The notes: generated by a model not told the origin, from the letters alone. 63,946 bases of DNA, filler included, from Reticulomyxa filosa (GCA_000512085.1; 19 parts of 19 records of this genome joined end to end with filler, not necessarily neighbours in it), one strand, 5' to 3'. Positions 1 through 11,691 are shown, counted from the whole stretch's first letter. Made by a program: numbers and translations.

Positions 1-547
1 CACTTGTGTCACTTTTACTCAAATTTTGTGTATTAAGACTACCCCCATAAGATTACTTTTTCAGTTTTTGAAAAGCATAACATTTAATAGTACTGGAAAA
101 AATATGAAGTTTGGTTAACACAATCATGGAAGATGTCAATGTTAGATTTATCGCTGAAAGAAACAAATTTAGCACTGGAAAAACTCTTTGAAATACGAAA
201 AACCCAATATTGTTAGTTTTTGAAGGGTAGTACCTTTGAAAACACAAAAAAAAACTATCTACTGTCGATATCAAATTTGTTAACTGAAGTTGTTTGTTGG
301 AAAGGACGTTTATCTGATAAAGATACATCAATATCTGCTTAGATTTAAAGTTCATTTGAAAATCTTTTTTGGAGAAACGATGCAAAGCAAAAGTCTGTTA
401 CCAAAGATAATTGCATAGTCGAAAGAAAGTCTTATCAAAAAATTAAGCAATTAGTTTCCAATTGACTAGGCAACATTGCAAAATTTGTCTAGTTCAAGTC
501 AATTTCTTGCTAAATGGAAAGAAAAAAGTCAATAGCAATTTCTACAC

Positions 548-3133
548 TTGTCTTCTGCTAGTAATGAAATAAATTGGAAACATAAACCAATTAATGCAGA
601 TATAGTCAATCGATGTGAAAACTCAAGAGATGTTAAAAGCAAAATTAGTAATGTCAAGAATCACTACTACATACAACTCATTCACAAAAGACCAAATCTA
701 TTTCATAATGAAGATATTGGAGATCAAAACACAACAAAAACCTGGAAACAAGTAGAAAAAAAATGAAATTATAAGATCAAGTATTGCATGTACAAGATTA
801 TTTGACATCTAAAAATACACAAACATTGGCAAATAGACTGTAAGAATAGATAAATAATATTCAACAGTGCTGTCAATGACAAACATCAATTGAATGTTGC
901 ATTGTAACAATTGACAGGTTGTATCATTGGTCCTGCAAAGATTAATATTGGAACTATGTCAGTGTAGAGGAAATAAGTCGTTGTAGAATGATTCGTTGTA
1001 CAAGAAGCGCAAGAAAGTGCATAAATTAAAAAGGGGTTCCAATCATGGCACAATACATATGGGTTATTGTTGCAAATGACAAAATCGATAAATGCAATAT
1101 TTGAACAAATCAGTTGACTATCTGTTGGATATTTCTTCGACTTATGACATAGCGTCGATAGATGGATTGAGATATAGAATGATGAAAGATTTTTTATTAA
1201 GATGGAGGATGTACTGGTGGCTAGAAAGCATCCGCAAAGACATAGTGGAACAGTTGTGCTGAATGGAATAAGATCCAGTGAACAATATTCGAAACATGAT
1301 TACCACAATGATCATCACTGTCGACTGTTATTCGTGTTGTAAATCAACAATATCACACAAGCAGTCCAGCATCCGATTCAGTTAGGTATTTTTGCATATA
1401 ATGTGGCATTGTGGACATCCATTTACACGAGTGATGAAAAAAGATATAGTTGCAGTTGGATCAGTTGCAGCATAGTTTGGACAGCGTACCTACTTAGGCA
1501 TCCAAATGGAAGATGTTGTTGGCTAAAGATAAGACACAGTTGATTAAGTTCAAGATTAAGAACAAGATGAAATATCTAATAACGAAATTACTGCTCAATA
1601 GAATATACATCCAAGAAGCATATTATGTCAAATATTTGGAGTTGATCATGGACTACAAGATGACATAATGGCAGCATGTCAATTTAGTCTATGGAAAGGT
1701 ATATATGAAATTGGTATATTTAACATTTATCTACTCCTACAAGTGCATTCGACATAGCTTATCAGTGTACAAATTGTTATACACAGCAACCATTAGTCCA
1801 TCATTGGAGTATGCATGCGCAATCTGGAACGAGTAGCTGAATCGCACAAACAACGGCTAAACAGGATCCAAAGAATTTCAATGTGCAAGATTCTTGGTGT
1901 GATGAATTCGACAACATACAACACTGTAAATTTGATATCACAATTGCCTCAATTGAAACTAAAAAAGCAACAAGAAGAAGTGAAGATGCTCCAGAAATGT
2001 GTTAGATGGAGCAACGAGTTCACTAGTACAAACTGACAATTACATACTAATTGATGATATTCGTTTGTAGTGGAAAATTATATAATTTATACATAGAATA
2101 AACCAACATGTCAGAAATCGTGATGCCAAGGTTAAATCACGATGATATAATATATTATAACAAGCTTCCAAATCAAATTTCTAGACTTCCACGCTCCAGC
2201 AAGTCACCATTTGAAAAATGGAGCAAGCCAATACAAGAGCAGATATTAGCATCACTGGACGACAAGACTATTGTAATATTCGCAGATTTGAGCATCAAGT
2301 CAGACGAAGTGGCAAAGATTGCAAGGTTTAAAGCAAAAATGGAAAAATTGGAGTTACTCAGAAGGCCAGACAAGCAATCTACGTTCACTAATGTCTATGT
2401 ACTTAATATATTCTTCACGGAAAATTGGAACATGCATTGTGCGAATGAAGGGAACAACATGGAACTGCACAAGCACCCGAAACAATTCTTGTGCAGCCTG
2501 ATTGAAGCAAAGTCATTTGAAAAGATTGTGCTCCACAAGTTGGAAGCTCACGAGAGCAAATTTATTTGCAGAATCATCACTGTCAAAGTTTAACTTAATG
2601 GTTACTTGTTCAAGATCAAACAAGATTACACACCAGATTGCAAGTGGTGCGAAGGATAAGAAGAAACAGTGTAGCACTTCCTGATGGAGTTCTCACATTA
2701 TGGAGGACTTAGAGATGCATGGCAAGCAGCAATCAAGCATTATTGACGCATTTGCAATTCGAGAAATCGAACTTACTGAGTTTGGTGGTCGGCGACAAAT
2801 TATTAGGCCTGATACCAGAATTAAAGTTGTCAAAGAACTTGCAAAGTTCATTGTGACAACGTGAAGAAAGATTTAAATTCAACTTAAAATTTATTTTCTG
2901 ACAACTACTCAATTTCCTTTATAATATTAACAACTTTGTTTATTTTTGTTTTGTAAACCTTTTGTTTTCTTTTAAGTGGTACTATGACATATTTTGGTCA
3001 ATGTGCTTAAACTTGCTTTTGTTTGTATTTTGGGGAATAGCGGGGCTCAAAATCAGTGTAGTGTGAAAGATGAAGCTTGGAGTATCATGACACCTTCACA
3101 GCCCGACCAGTGCAAAAAAAAGAAAAAGAAAAC
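548..3133 (+). mobile_element. Decayed non-LTR retrotransposon (I-group-like LINE: RT, RNase H remnant, C-terminal CCHC knuckle, A-rich tail)
   Basis: Degenerate RT motifs occur in order: GFQSWHNT (~1035), LLDISSTYD (~1122), LPQ*SSLS..LLFVL*IN (~1300-1350), GIFAYNVALW (FADD-like, ~1385), WKMLLAKDKT (~1507) and VKYLELIMDYKMT*W (~1627). They are followed by QRLNRIQRISMCKILGVMNSTT, the RNase H start IVIFADLS (~2270), PDCKWCEG*EETV*HFL (~2633-2683) and an A-rich tract at ~3114-3133. Many stops and frameshifts. Confidence 0.88.
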
Positions 3134-4260
3134 ACTATTGTTATATAAACTTGGAACTACTGTTTGTTGCTTAGTTTGTTGACTATTTACAACGTCCATA
3201 CTGAACAGCGACGAGAAATAATAAAACAAAAAAAAAGAAAGTTTTTGTTCAAGGGGACTTTTTTAATTTTAAGAATCCAGCAGAATTAACACTTGCAATC
3301 TCAAAAACAAAATTGATGTTTAACATTTTAAATGTTTAAAAAATAATTTTACAAGTTTCAATTAAATGTGCTCCTTATCCAAATGTCGAAATTTTAATGG
3401 TATGTTTTTACTTTGTTCGTGAACAGAAATATGTTTGTTCTTCAATCCAATTTTATATTTAAAGAATTCTGTTTTTTCTTATTTGTTTCAAAAGTTGGAA
3501 TTACAGTTGATCATTAATTCAATTGGTACGCATAAAGATAACAGAGTACTTTATTAAATATTTACCTCGTTTTTTTTCTCTTACTTAATTTTTTGTAAAA
3601 TCAATTGAAGGATTTAGACTTTAATTCATTGCTTATTTGCAATAGATCAAAATAAAAAACAACATCTTTTTTGAGTGACTTTTAAAAAACTTGAAGAGCA
3701 ATAGAACTGTTAGGGATTGATATCTCCATTGATATCGCAAGAGTTCTTCAAGAGCTTTAATATCAGCACGAAGATCTGCTCATATAAAAGATATCAGTAC
3801 ATCTCTAGATTAATTCAATTATTGGTGTGTACGTCATTGCTCTTTTCACCTCCGTGCGTATCACCTCCACGTCGAACGTATACACGTATTAAATGTAGCA
3901 TTTTTATGCTATCAAAACCATTCAATCTGGCTCATTCTGTTAGATTTGTGGTCAAGAGTATTCACACATTGAGTTATCACGTTTACACAATTTTGTAATT
4001 CATGCAATCCTTTGTACTTGACCGTTGAAATTGTAGAGAAATCCTCACATATATATGGGTCAGAGCGTGGTCCTGCTTGGCTCAAAAACTCTCATGCACG
4101 TCATTTACTTTTTTTTGTTCTTTAATTTAACAAATCACGCTTCCTGTAGGGAAATAGAGTCTAAATTGTAACTCGAAAACGTAAAGCTAAATTAAAAAAT
4201 AAAAGAGTTGAGAAGAAATTATTATTACATTAAAATGATAGAGTCAATTATGACTCCGTA

Positions 4261-7200
4261 TCACGTAGTGCGTTGTACTACACTCCTTTGGGCAAAGGTT
4301 TTCTCAAGCATCCTTTCAGAATAGGAATCCTTTGGATTAACAAGCCAAAAAAAATCACAAAAGTATTTGTGCACAACATTTGCAATTTTTTTGTTTGAAA
4401 AAGAAAAAAAGAAACTAAAGGATGAGTTCAATAGTGTTTGAATAATTGAAGCAAATGATGTATACGCATCCGCATTGGCTTTGTAGTGTTCAATAAAATA
4501 TTGTTTCATTTTCAGATAAGCTTCCATTTCATTGTTTGTGTTGTCATTTACAGCAACTTGTGACGTATTTATTTTGTTGCTTTGATACACAAGTTTTTTA
4601 TAACTTTTGAATACTTGACTAAAAAAATTATAAGTTACAAATTTTTTTTGGAATTGTATTGTGAAAACTGCATTTCTTTATATAGAAAATGTTAACATTT
4701 ACAACAAGAAAAAAATAAGCTTAATTCGCGTTCCCAAAATAAGCAAAACGTTATCATTGTCAGTATTTTGTGATTGTTGGTTCTGCTGCTCTTCGATATA
4801 CTTTATCTCATCGGTCTCATTATCGAACGTATCCAAAATTTGAGCAAACAACAGCCCAGTTGCAAACCAGACCATGCCAATCATGAAGAAGACAAAAAAA
4901 AAGGTCAGATAATAATTGGTCGATAATACACTATCATCTAAGAAAACATCAATATTTGATAAAACAAGGTTTGATTGAGGAATGAAAAGATTATGTATAA
5001 ATAAAAAAAAATGTGAAAGATACGTAACACATAATATCGCTCCATCCATTTTGAAAAGACATTTGAGTCAAGGTTCTTATCGCATTTAAGTTTGTGTCAA
5101 AGTTAATGTTAGGATCATTTCCGTCGATTACCTCCATAAGGTTCGATTTTCCAGCAAACAATGCAACTCCCAGCCTCATAAACGAAAACATAAAAATAAC
5201 AATTAAAGCAAACAACGAACAATATTTTGTGAGAGCTGAATACAATGGCATTATTATCCGTTGTGAAGATGGAAGTATCGTAAAAATACGGGTTAAAGAC
5301 ATCACGAGCATTGTTAGTTGTAAGGTTTCATAGCCCATAAAACAAGAATAAATAATCGCAACTATTGCGCCACTGAACAAAAGGAATTCCACCAAGTTCA
5401 CCACATTCCATATTTTCCTATCCATTCGAGACCTTTTTAAAATAAAAAGACAATTGTTGTTATCATTTCATTTATACATTTTTTGTTTTAATGACATGAA
5501 AAATACCAGTAAACAACGTTGGATTGCTCTTCATCATTATTATTTACTTCTGTATGATTTACTTCTGATGATTTACTTTGTAGATTTATTTCTTTATGAT
5601 TTACTTTTGTATTCTTTACTTCTTTATGATTTACTCCTTCGTGATCCTTAAATCCTAGTTATTTTTTTATGTTTGCTAGTGTTCTTTAAAGGTTTTGTGC
5701 ACATATATAAATAAAGAAATGTTAAATGTTTACCAATGACGTCAAAAAATCGACAAAAACCAAAAGCGAACCAACGTAAAAATATCTCGATTGCGTTGAA
5801 GATAAAACAAGTAATTAAAACACCTTTGGTCGCAGTAATATCGGGCCCATCCAACTGCAGTAGACAACTTGCAATTAGAGCAGGAGCGATTCCGACAATG
5901 ATAATAACGTGACGACGCCATTTTTGCTGGAAAACTTTTCAAACAAAACAAATCATCAAATCTGAATCTCAAAATTATGTGTATTACAATGAATACATCA
6001 ATGCACACTAGGAGTATACGTTTACTTGTCACTACAAAACTATTTCGTTCCAAACATTTTTGTGTGCATGAAATGTATTTATCACTTGTGCATGAAGTGC
6101 ATTTATCACATTTACGTTCCAGGAAAATTTTACGTGCTTGAGAAAAGGTAATATTCCAAGGGATAATTAATTCCTTAAACATGTCCTTAAAATTTTGCTC
6201 TTGATCCTCATTCATTGTATTTTGTTGTTTCTGTGGCTTTATTATACGTGTGAGTGAAACTCACGTTATTTAGTCATTATTTGTTTTTAAAAAAAGATAT
6301 TAAAAAAAAAAAAAAAAGAAAAGTAAAAGTAATATTAGTCGAAATGATAAACTAACTTTATCAGCAAGATACTCACACATATTCATAAGCTCCTTGACAC
6401 GATTTGCCTTTTCGGCAAAGTAATATGCACAATGCAATGCATCGTCCTTTCGCTTTTTTTTTGCCAATTCATCGGCCACTCTACTTTCTTTGAAAGACTT
6501 TTGAAATCGACCAGCAAGAATTGGATTCAATATCAGTCCCGTAATAATTAATACGAGACAAAAGACAAAACTTGCCCAACCACGACTGTACGCTACATCC
6601 GTATAGTTTTCTCCCGTTGGCATGAGGACAAAAGTAGTTAGTAACGCTTGTGGAAAGCCATTAAAGTTATTTGTCAATTCGTTAGTATTTGAGTTACGAA
6701 AATACACTCCTCCTGTGAAATAGAGGAAAAAGGTTGAACAAAAAGGTGTTTTTTTTTTTTTTGGGTCAAATGAAAAATAAAGAGAGTAAGGGATAGAAAA
6801 TGAGCAGTATACGTTTTATGTGTATTGCTAACCAAAAGAAGCCGCCAGTAATATCATGCACATCCATACAAAAAAAATTTCTCGCGCATCAAAAATGGCT
6901 CGAATATAATTTCGAGAAAGTTCATAAAGATGGTCGATACTAATTACTACAAGCATCCCTTCCAATGGCACATATGACGTCAACGCGATCCCACTTGCTA
7001 GTCTCAGTATGCAAGCGATAGTGAAAAAAATCACTAGCAATACGTACAATATATCCCTCATATCTATCCTTTGGATAAGACACTCTCCGTTAATTTTTCC
7101 TTGGCTGCCATCATTGTTGTTTTGGTTGTGATTTTTTTGACAACGATATTGGCGTATCTTATCTTTCTTTTCTTTGGGCAGAAATTTTAAAATTATATCG

Positions 7201-7526
7201 ATAATCATGAAAAATAGTAGTATCAGTTTTACCCATTCACATTGCTTCGCATCCCAAGCACCTTTTTTTGTAACGTGGCCAGTTTCAAAAGACATTATTA
7301 TTATTTTTTTTTTTTAAAATGTTTTAACTTATTATTAGAAATACCACCTCGACTATTTTAATGAAATATTGCCATACTGTGCCCACCAAATAACGGTATT
7401 TGTTCAGGGTCCAGCTACTACACACTTCATACATCGACGAGGTGTGTAGTTTATCTTTTTCATTTAAAGCACGAATGGCCATATACAGCAACAAATCCTC
7501 TTTGTCCTCAAGTCCTTTAATCAACT
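4261..7526 (-). CDS. Two-pore channel (TPC)-like 2x6TM cation channel domain, multi-exon; probably the C-terminal part of the dCache gene upstream
   Basis: Repeat I: S2 KLILLFFMIIDIILKF, pore NFNGFPQALLTTFVLMPTGENYTDV, S6 LIITGLILNPILAGRFQKSF followed by KRKDDALHCAY. Repeat II: S2 IEIFLRWFAFGFCRFF, S3 WNVVNLVEF, S5 FSFMRLGVALFAGK, pore NFDTNLNAIRTLTQMSFQNGWSDIM, S6 FFFVFFMIGMVWFATGLLFAQILDTF. Exons join through phase-compatible GT..AG introns. The exact last exon is uncertain. Confidence 0.88.
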
Positions 7527-7619
7527 CTTTTTTTTTTATTGTTTGTAAACATACGTACACAAACATGATTGAACGTATTCATTTTGATTAGAGCCAGAAA
7601 CAAACAAGTAGAAACTTAC

Positions 7620-10268
7620 TATCGAGTACATTTGTGAGCTTTTCTGACTCTGATTGCTTTTGTTTGGAGTCTTCCGATTGACTTTTCTTTTTTTTTTTAC
7701 AACATAGGCCTAATATCGACTCAATAATCATTTCTGACTTTGATTGCTTTTGTTCTGAGTCTTCTGATTGCTTTTGTTCGGAGTCTTCTGATTGCCTTTT
7801 CTTTTCTTTTTTACAAAATAGGAACCCAATCATCACCAAAGCAGCGAAGATCAAGATAACAGCAAGCGTGTACATTAATCTTGGTTTTGGTTTAATATTC
7901 ATTCCAACAATTGCTATCCCTACAATCACAAATGAGGAAATGAACGGCAAAGAACATGTATCAGCTTGTTGTTTTAGTCGCTCCAACAAATATACAACAA
8001 CCACAATGACAACAATGTCAATAAACCAGGTTGCAATAATACTATCTCGGCTTCTATCGGTTAACCCGCTCATCGATACGGAAGTGACAATTATCCAACT
8101 GAGAGACTCATAGTTTAATTCACGCCCAGCATAGACTCTAGGGTAATCCAGAGGCATTCGAATTTGAGATGGAGTACTATCATTGCGTAATCTTTTCAGT
8201 TTGTACACTTCTAAAATTACTTTAGATATAATTTTAATGTGTTCATTTGTGTAATTTTTCACAGGAACGAGCATGGATCCCGAAGGTGTTGTTTGAATAT
8301 TCGTGTCTATTTCTCCTTGCACAGAACGTTGCGACTCCAATGTTGGACCTTTAGATGCAGCGAGAAGATAATAGTTTGGAGCCTCTTCAAAAATCCATGA
8401 TATCAGTTCGAATCCCCTTTTCAGGCTGTTGTCCCTATTTGCTGTCGAATTTAAATACTTGCTCAGCGTCTTTTTCGTCAGTTGTCGTCCCAATGATCAC
8501 AGCAGCAAAATAAATCGATCATTCAAATATTTTATTTTGAGTATACGTGTAGACGAGAGGAAAGAAATTAACATGACCAACAAGATTTTTCTTTTTTTTA
8601 CCTGGTAGTTGTAGTCAACAACGAAGACTGCCACCAACACTCCATCTTCATCTTGAATGACTGTAGATGCCTTTACGAATAACAAAAATAACAAATATAC
8701 AACCACTTCACATTTGCAACATTAAATAAATAAATAAACATTAAACTCCAAGACCCTCGCTTGATTCAGACGCAAAAAAAAATGTTGTCCATGTCATATT
8801 CCGTGATCGTGTTACAACAGTATATGTTCCTTGGGACGTGTTGAAAATGCTTTTGTAACTATCTCTTGCAGCCTTACAATCGGATGTTTCATAGGATAGG
8901 CGTTCACTGTTGTTCATTAAATCCTATATTCGAATGTTACAAAAAATACACTTTTGCAAATGCCATTGGATAAGTACAAACAAGATTGATGTTATTAACA
9001 TATATACACACCTCAAATGTTGACCCAGGAAATGCTTGTTCCAATGTGCCATTGAATGTATAAGTTATGGCATCAATATACCAAGGTCGACATCGAGGAT
9101 CGTAATTCTTCAAACTGACTCCAGAATCCTTTTTTTTAAAAAAAAAATTATTGGAGCCACTTTTTTGTGAGCAACAGAGAAAAGTGTTGAAAAGCTAACT
9201 TACATTTGCTTCCCTTTGTCCATTTTCATTTGCACGAAAGTATGTTAATTCTCCGTTTGTTTCGTTCGACACACCACCTACCCAAAAATCACTGCCGTTG
9301 ACCTCTGCTGAACTCATGTTACCATTTGGAAACCCTAACGCAATGCCACGTATTTCATACGGATTGTCAATATCTCGAAAAATTTTCATTATATCTGTCA
9401 AAAATTTGTCATAGTACCCTGTTTCATCTGGTTGCAAATCACCACGTTTCATGCGTTGCACTATAGTTTCGGCCATTCTCTGTGCATTTTTGTCGATATT
9501 TATTTTTTTTTTTTGTGAAAGCACAAGAAAGTACATGTGGTTGGTCCCAAAAAAATTTGACTCGTTCCGAATTTGTGTAGTATTCTTCCTCCATCATTCC
9601 ATCTTTCAACACTATTTTGACAGACACAAACACAAACGACACAATTTATTTGTGATATTCCCTATTTTCTTTTTTTAAGTAACCTGATTGGACGGATTTT
9701 GGTTCGCTGATGGCCCATATTAAGTACGTGCTTCCCAATAAAGCAATTAAAGTGCCTTGCATGCACGAGTTAAGTGTATCCCAAATTTTAGGAATACTCA
9801 GGTTTTTCTTGGAATCTGGTAAAAGAGGAACTTGATCTTTTTCAGACTTTCCAGATGGATTATTGAAAATTTTGTAAATTTTGTAACATTGGCAAATTGT
9901 TAGTGCAAATACTGGGCCAAGTATTACTCCTGTTACAATCCCTGATATTAACAGTGCATAATCGTAATTTTTAAAAAATTGTTGCTCGTCGAACAAAATG
10001 CCTATGGGGAAAAAAAAAGGGGTTAAAATACACTTTAAAAAAAGTAACAAAGGTAAAATAAAGGCTTACCAACTAGTGCGTATTGTTGTTGATCTACAAT
10101 GGTCTCGTTACCTTGCAATATCAAACTGGAGAATGTGATCGGGAACTTTGCAATACCTGCATTTTGACCATTTCCTACAGGTACGTTTAATGTATCGTTT
10201 CCGATTTGACTGGTATTATATTTACCGTTGAGTGATTCCAATGCCTCGTCGGAATTTTGTTCACACTC
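7620..10268 (-). CDS. dCache_1-type extracytoplasmic sensor domain flanked by TM helices, preceded by the probable tail of a second Cache domain; 5'-truncated at the contig edge
   Basis: Predicted spliced translation: ..YALVG|ILFDEQQFF, TM, loop, TM, then ..FFWDQPH|RMAETIVQRMKRGDL..IRGIALGFPNG..|DSGVSLKNYDPRCRPWYIDA..TWTTFFFASESSEGLG|ASTVIQDEDGVLVAVFVVDYNYQ|TLSKYLNS..ISWIFE..YLLAASKG..LSWIIVTSV, followed by 3 TM helices. This is the classic dCache_1 motif order. Confidence 0.85.
7644..7823 (-). repeat. Coding tandem repeat (SEDSEQKQ, 24-nt units) within a larger internal duplication in the cytosolic linker
   Basis: FLFCKKEKKRQSEDSEQKQSEDSEQKQSKSE is repeated as GLCCKKKKKSQSEDSKQKQSESE. Confidence 0.85.
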
Positions 10269-10322
10269 CTTCACAATATAGAATTTACAAAAAATACATG
10301 TATATACTTTGTCTTTTTTTTT

Positions 10323-10422
10323 NNNNNNNNNNNNNNNNNNNNNNNNNNNNNNNNNNNNNNNNNNNNTTAATTAATTAANNNNNNNNNNNNNNNNNNNNNN
10401 NNNNNNNNNNNNNNNNNNNNNN
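10323..10422. other. Artificial contig spacer N44-TTAATTAATTAA-N44 (first of 18)
   Basis: Identical spacers occur at 18195-18294, 20336-20435, 25563-25662, 27939-28038, 29457-29556, 38248-38347, 39598-39697, 42230-42329, 44463-44562, 48235-48334, 49395-49494, 50999-51098, 52520-52619, 53812-53911, 54944-55043, 60046-60145 and 62291-62390. The 12-mer puts stop codons in all six frames. Confidence 0.99.
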
Positions 10423-10689
10423 GAACTGAATAAAACAGTCTAGCTTTTGAGTGTAGTGCTGAGTTTCATTAGTTTCTAACAACTTACCAGTATATAAATT
10501 GCATTATTTTAACACGTCCTTTTTAGCTTTTCTTGAAAAATTAAAAAGTAAATTCAAAATTTTTTGCCTAGTGTCATGTGCAATATACAAATGTTTCGAT
10601 TTAAAACAAAAGACTGGTAGTTATGCTAAAAAAAGGAGAAAAGACAAAAGAAACCTTTTTGTTTTTTTAGTTATATTGAATAAAATAGA

Positions 10690-11226
10690 ATGGGCTCTGG
10701 CTGTCTGAGCGCTGGTCCAGTAGAGGAAAATAATGGAAAAATCAAAGGCATTAATGACGGGAAACCGTTGATGTCTCCAGTCTCACCTTCAGGATCGATT
10801 ACAAGTGACAGCAGATCAGCGAGAAACATCAAGACGAATTCATTTTCGACGTCAACAACTGGAGAGGGTGGTATTTCTCCTTGTGGAACGCCATTGGGTT
10901 GGAACGCAAAATTGGACCAACTATGGATGTTACGTGCAAGCAGCGAACGCAAAATAGAATGTTATCAAGGAAAAATCAAAGCACTGTCGACACACGATTA
11001 CACAATGGAAGCAGATGTGTCACGACAGCGAATAAAATCGTACCAGATAGCTACTGTCTTTTATCAACAACAGTTAGTGGAAATCGATAAATTAATTGCA
11101 TGTATTCGCAATCCTGGTTCCGCCTCAGACGGAATGATCACGAACCAATATCAACAAATTACTCAGGGTATCAAAGATCAAGAGAAGAGGCTTCATTCAG
11201 AGCTCATCACTCTTAAAAAAAAATAA
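10690..11226 (+). CDS. Hypothetical protein (Ser-rich N-terminus, helical/coiled-coil C-terminus)
   Basis: 178-aa ATG-initiated ORF with protein-like composition. The MGSGC start could be acylated. No family recognised. Confidence 0.55.
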   Translation: MGSGCLSAGPVEENNGKIKGINDGKPLMSPVSPSGSITSDSRSARNIKTNSFSTSTTGEGGISPCGTPLGWNAKLDQLWMLRASSERKIECYQGKIKALSTHDYTMEADVSRQRIKSYQIATVFYQQQLVEIDKLIACIRNPGSASDGMITNQYQQITQGIKDQEKRLHSELITLKKK

Positions 11227-11618
11227 TATATTTGATTGCTTATGTTTTATATTGCTTCTTTCATGCTTTCAAAATCGCTTGCATGCTTTCAATTAATATA
11301 AAAAGCCAAAAAATCATAAACAGTTTCTTTAGGACAACATATATTCAAATTTAATTTGTGTAATTATAATTTACGTTTTTCTTTGTTTATCAACTTGACG
11401 ACAGAGCAAGAACTTAACTTATTCTAAACGAACCTGTCCCTTTTTTTGACTCCTTCCTGTGAGTTTTATCAGTGTATTGACACTATTTCCAATTGACTGG
11501 TAGTATACCTTTCTTTTTTCCGTCTATCATTCATATGAGCATTTTTATAATTTCAAACTGCTGGAAGCCCCTTTTTAGTAAGTACTTCGTTACGTTTAGA
11601 GTGTAAAACTGACAGTAA

Positions 11619-11691
11619 AAAAAGATCCTCTCAAAATGAATCCCTATAAACTTGCAAATGTTTATAGGGGTTTATTTTAGGGTGTCTTTTT
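11619..11691. repeat. Imperfect inverted repeat / hairpin
   Basis: CCCTATAAAC-ttgcaaat-GTTTATAGGG is a perfect 10-bp core. It extends with G-T pairs and a few mismatches to AAAAAG..CTTTTT. Confidence 0.7.

Noticed and set aside
5520-5647. 15-nt periodic repeat (GATTTACTT..) between channel exons
   Set aside because: It is explained as a coding exon (EVNHK-type repeats) in the repeat II S2-S3 loop of the channel, with phase-compatible splice sites.
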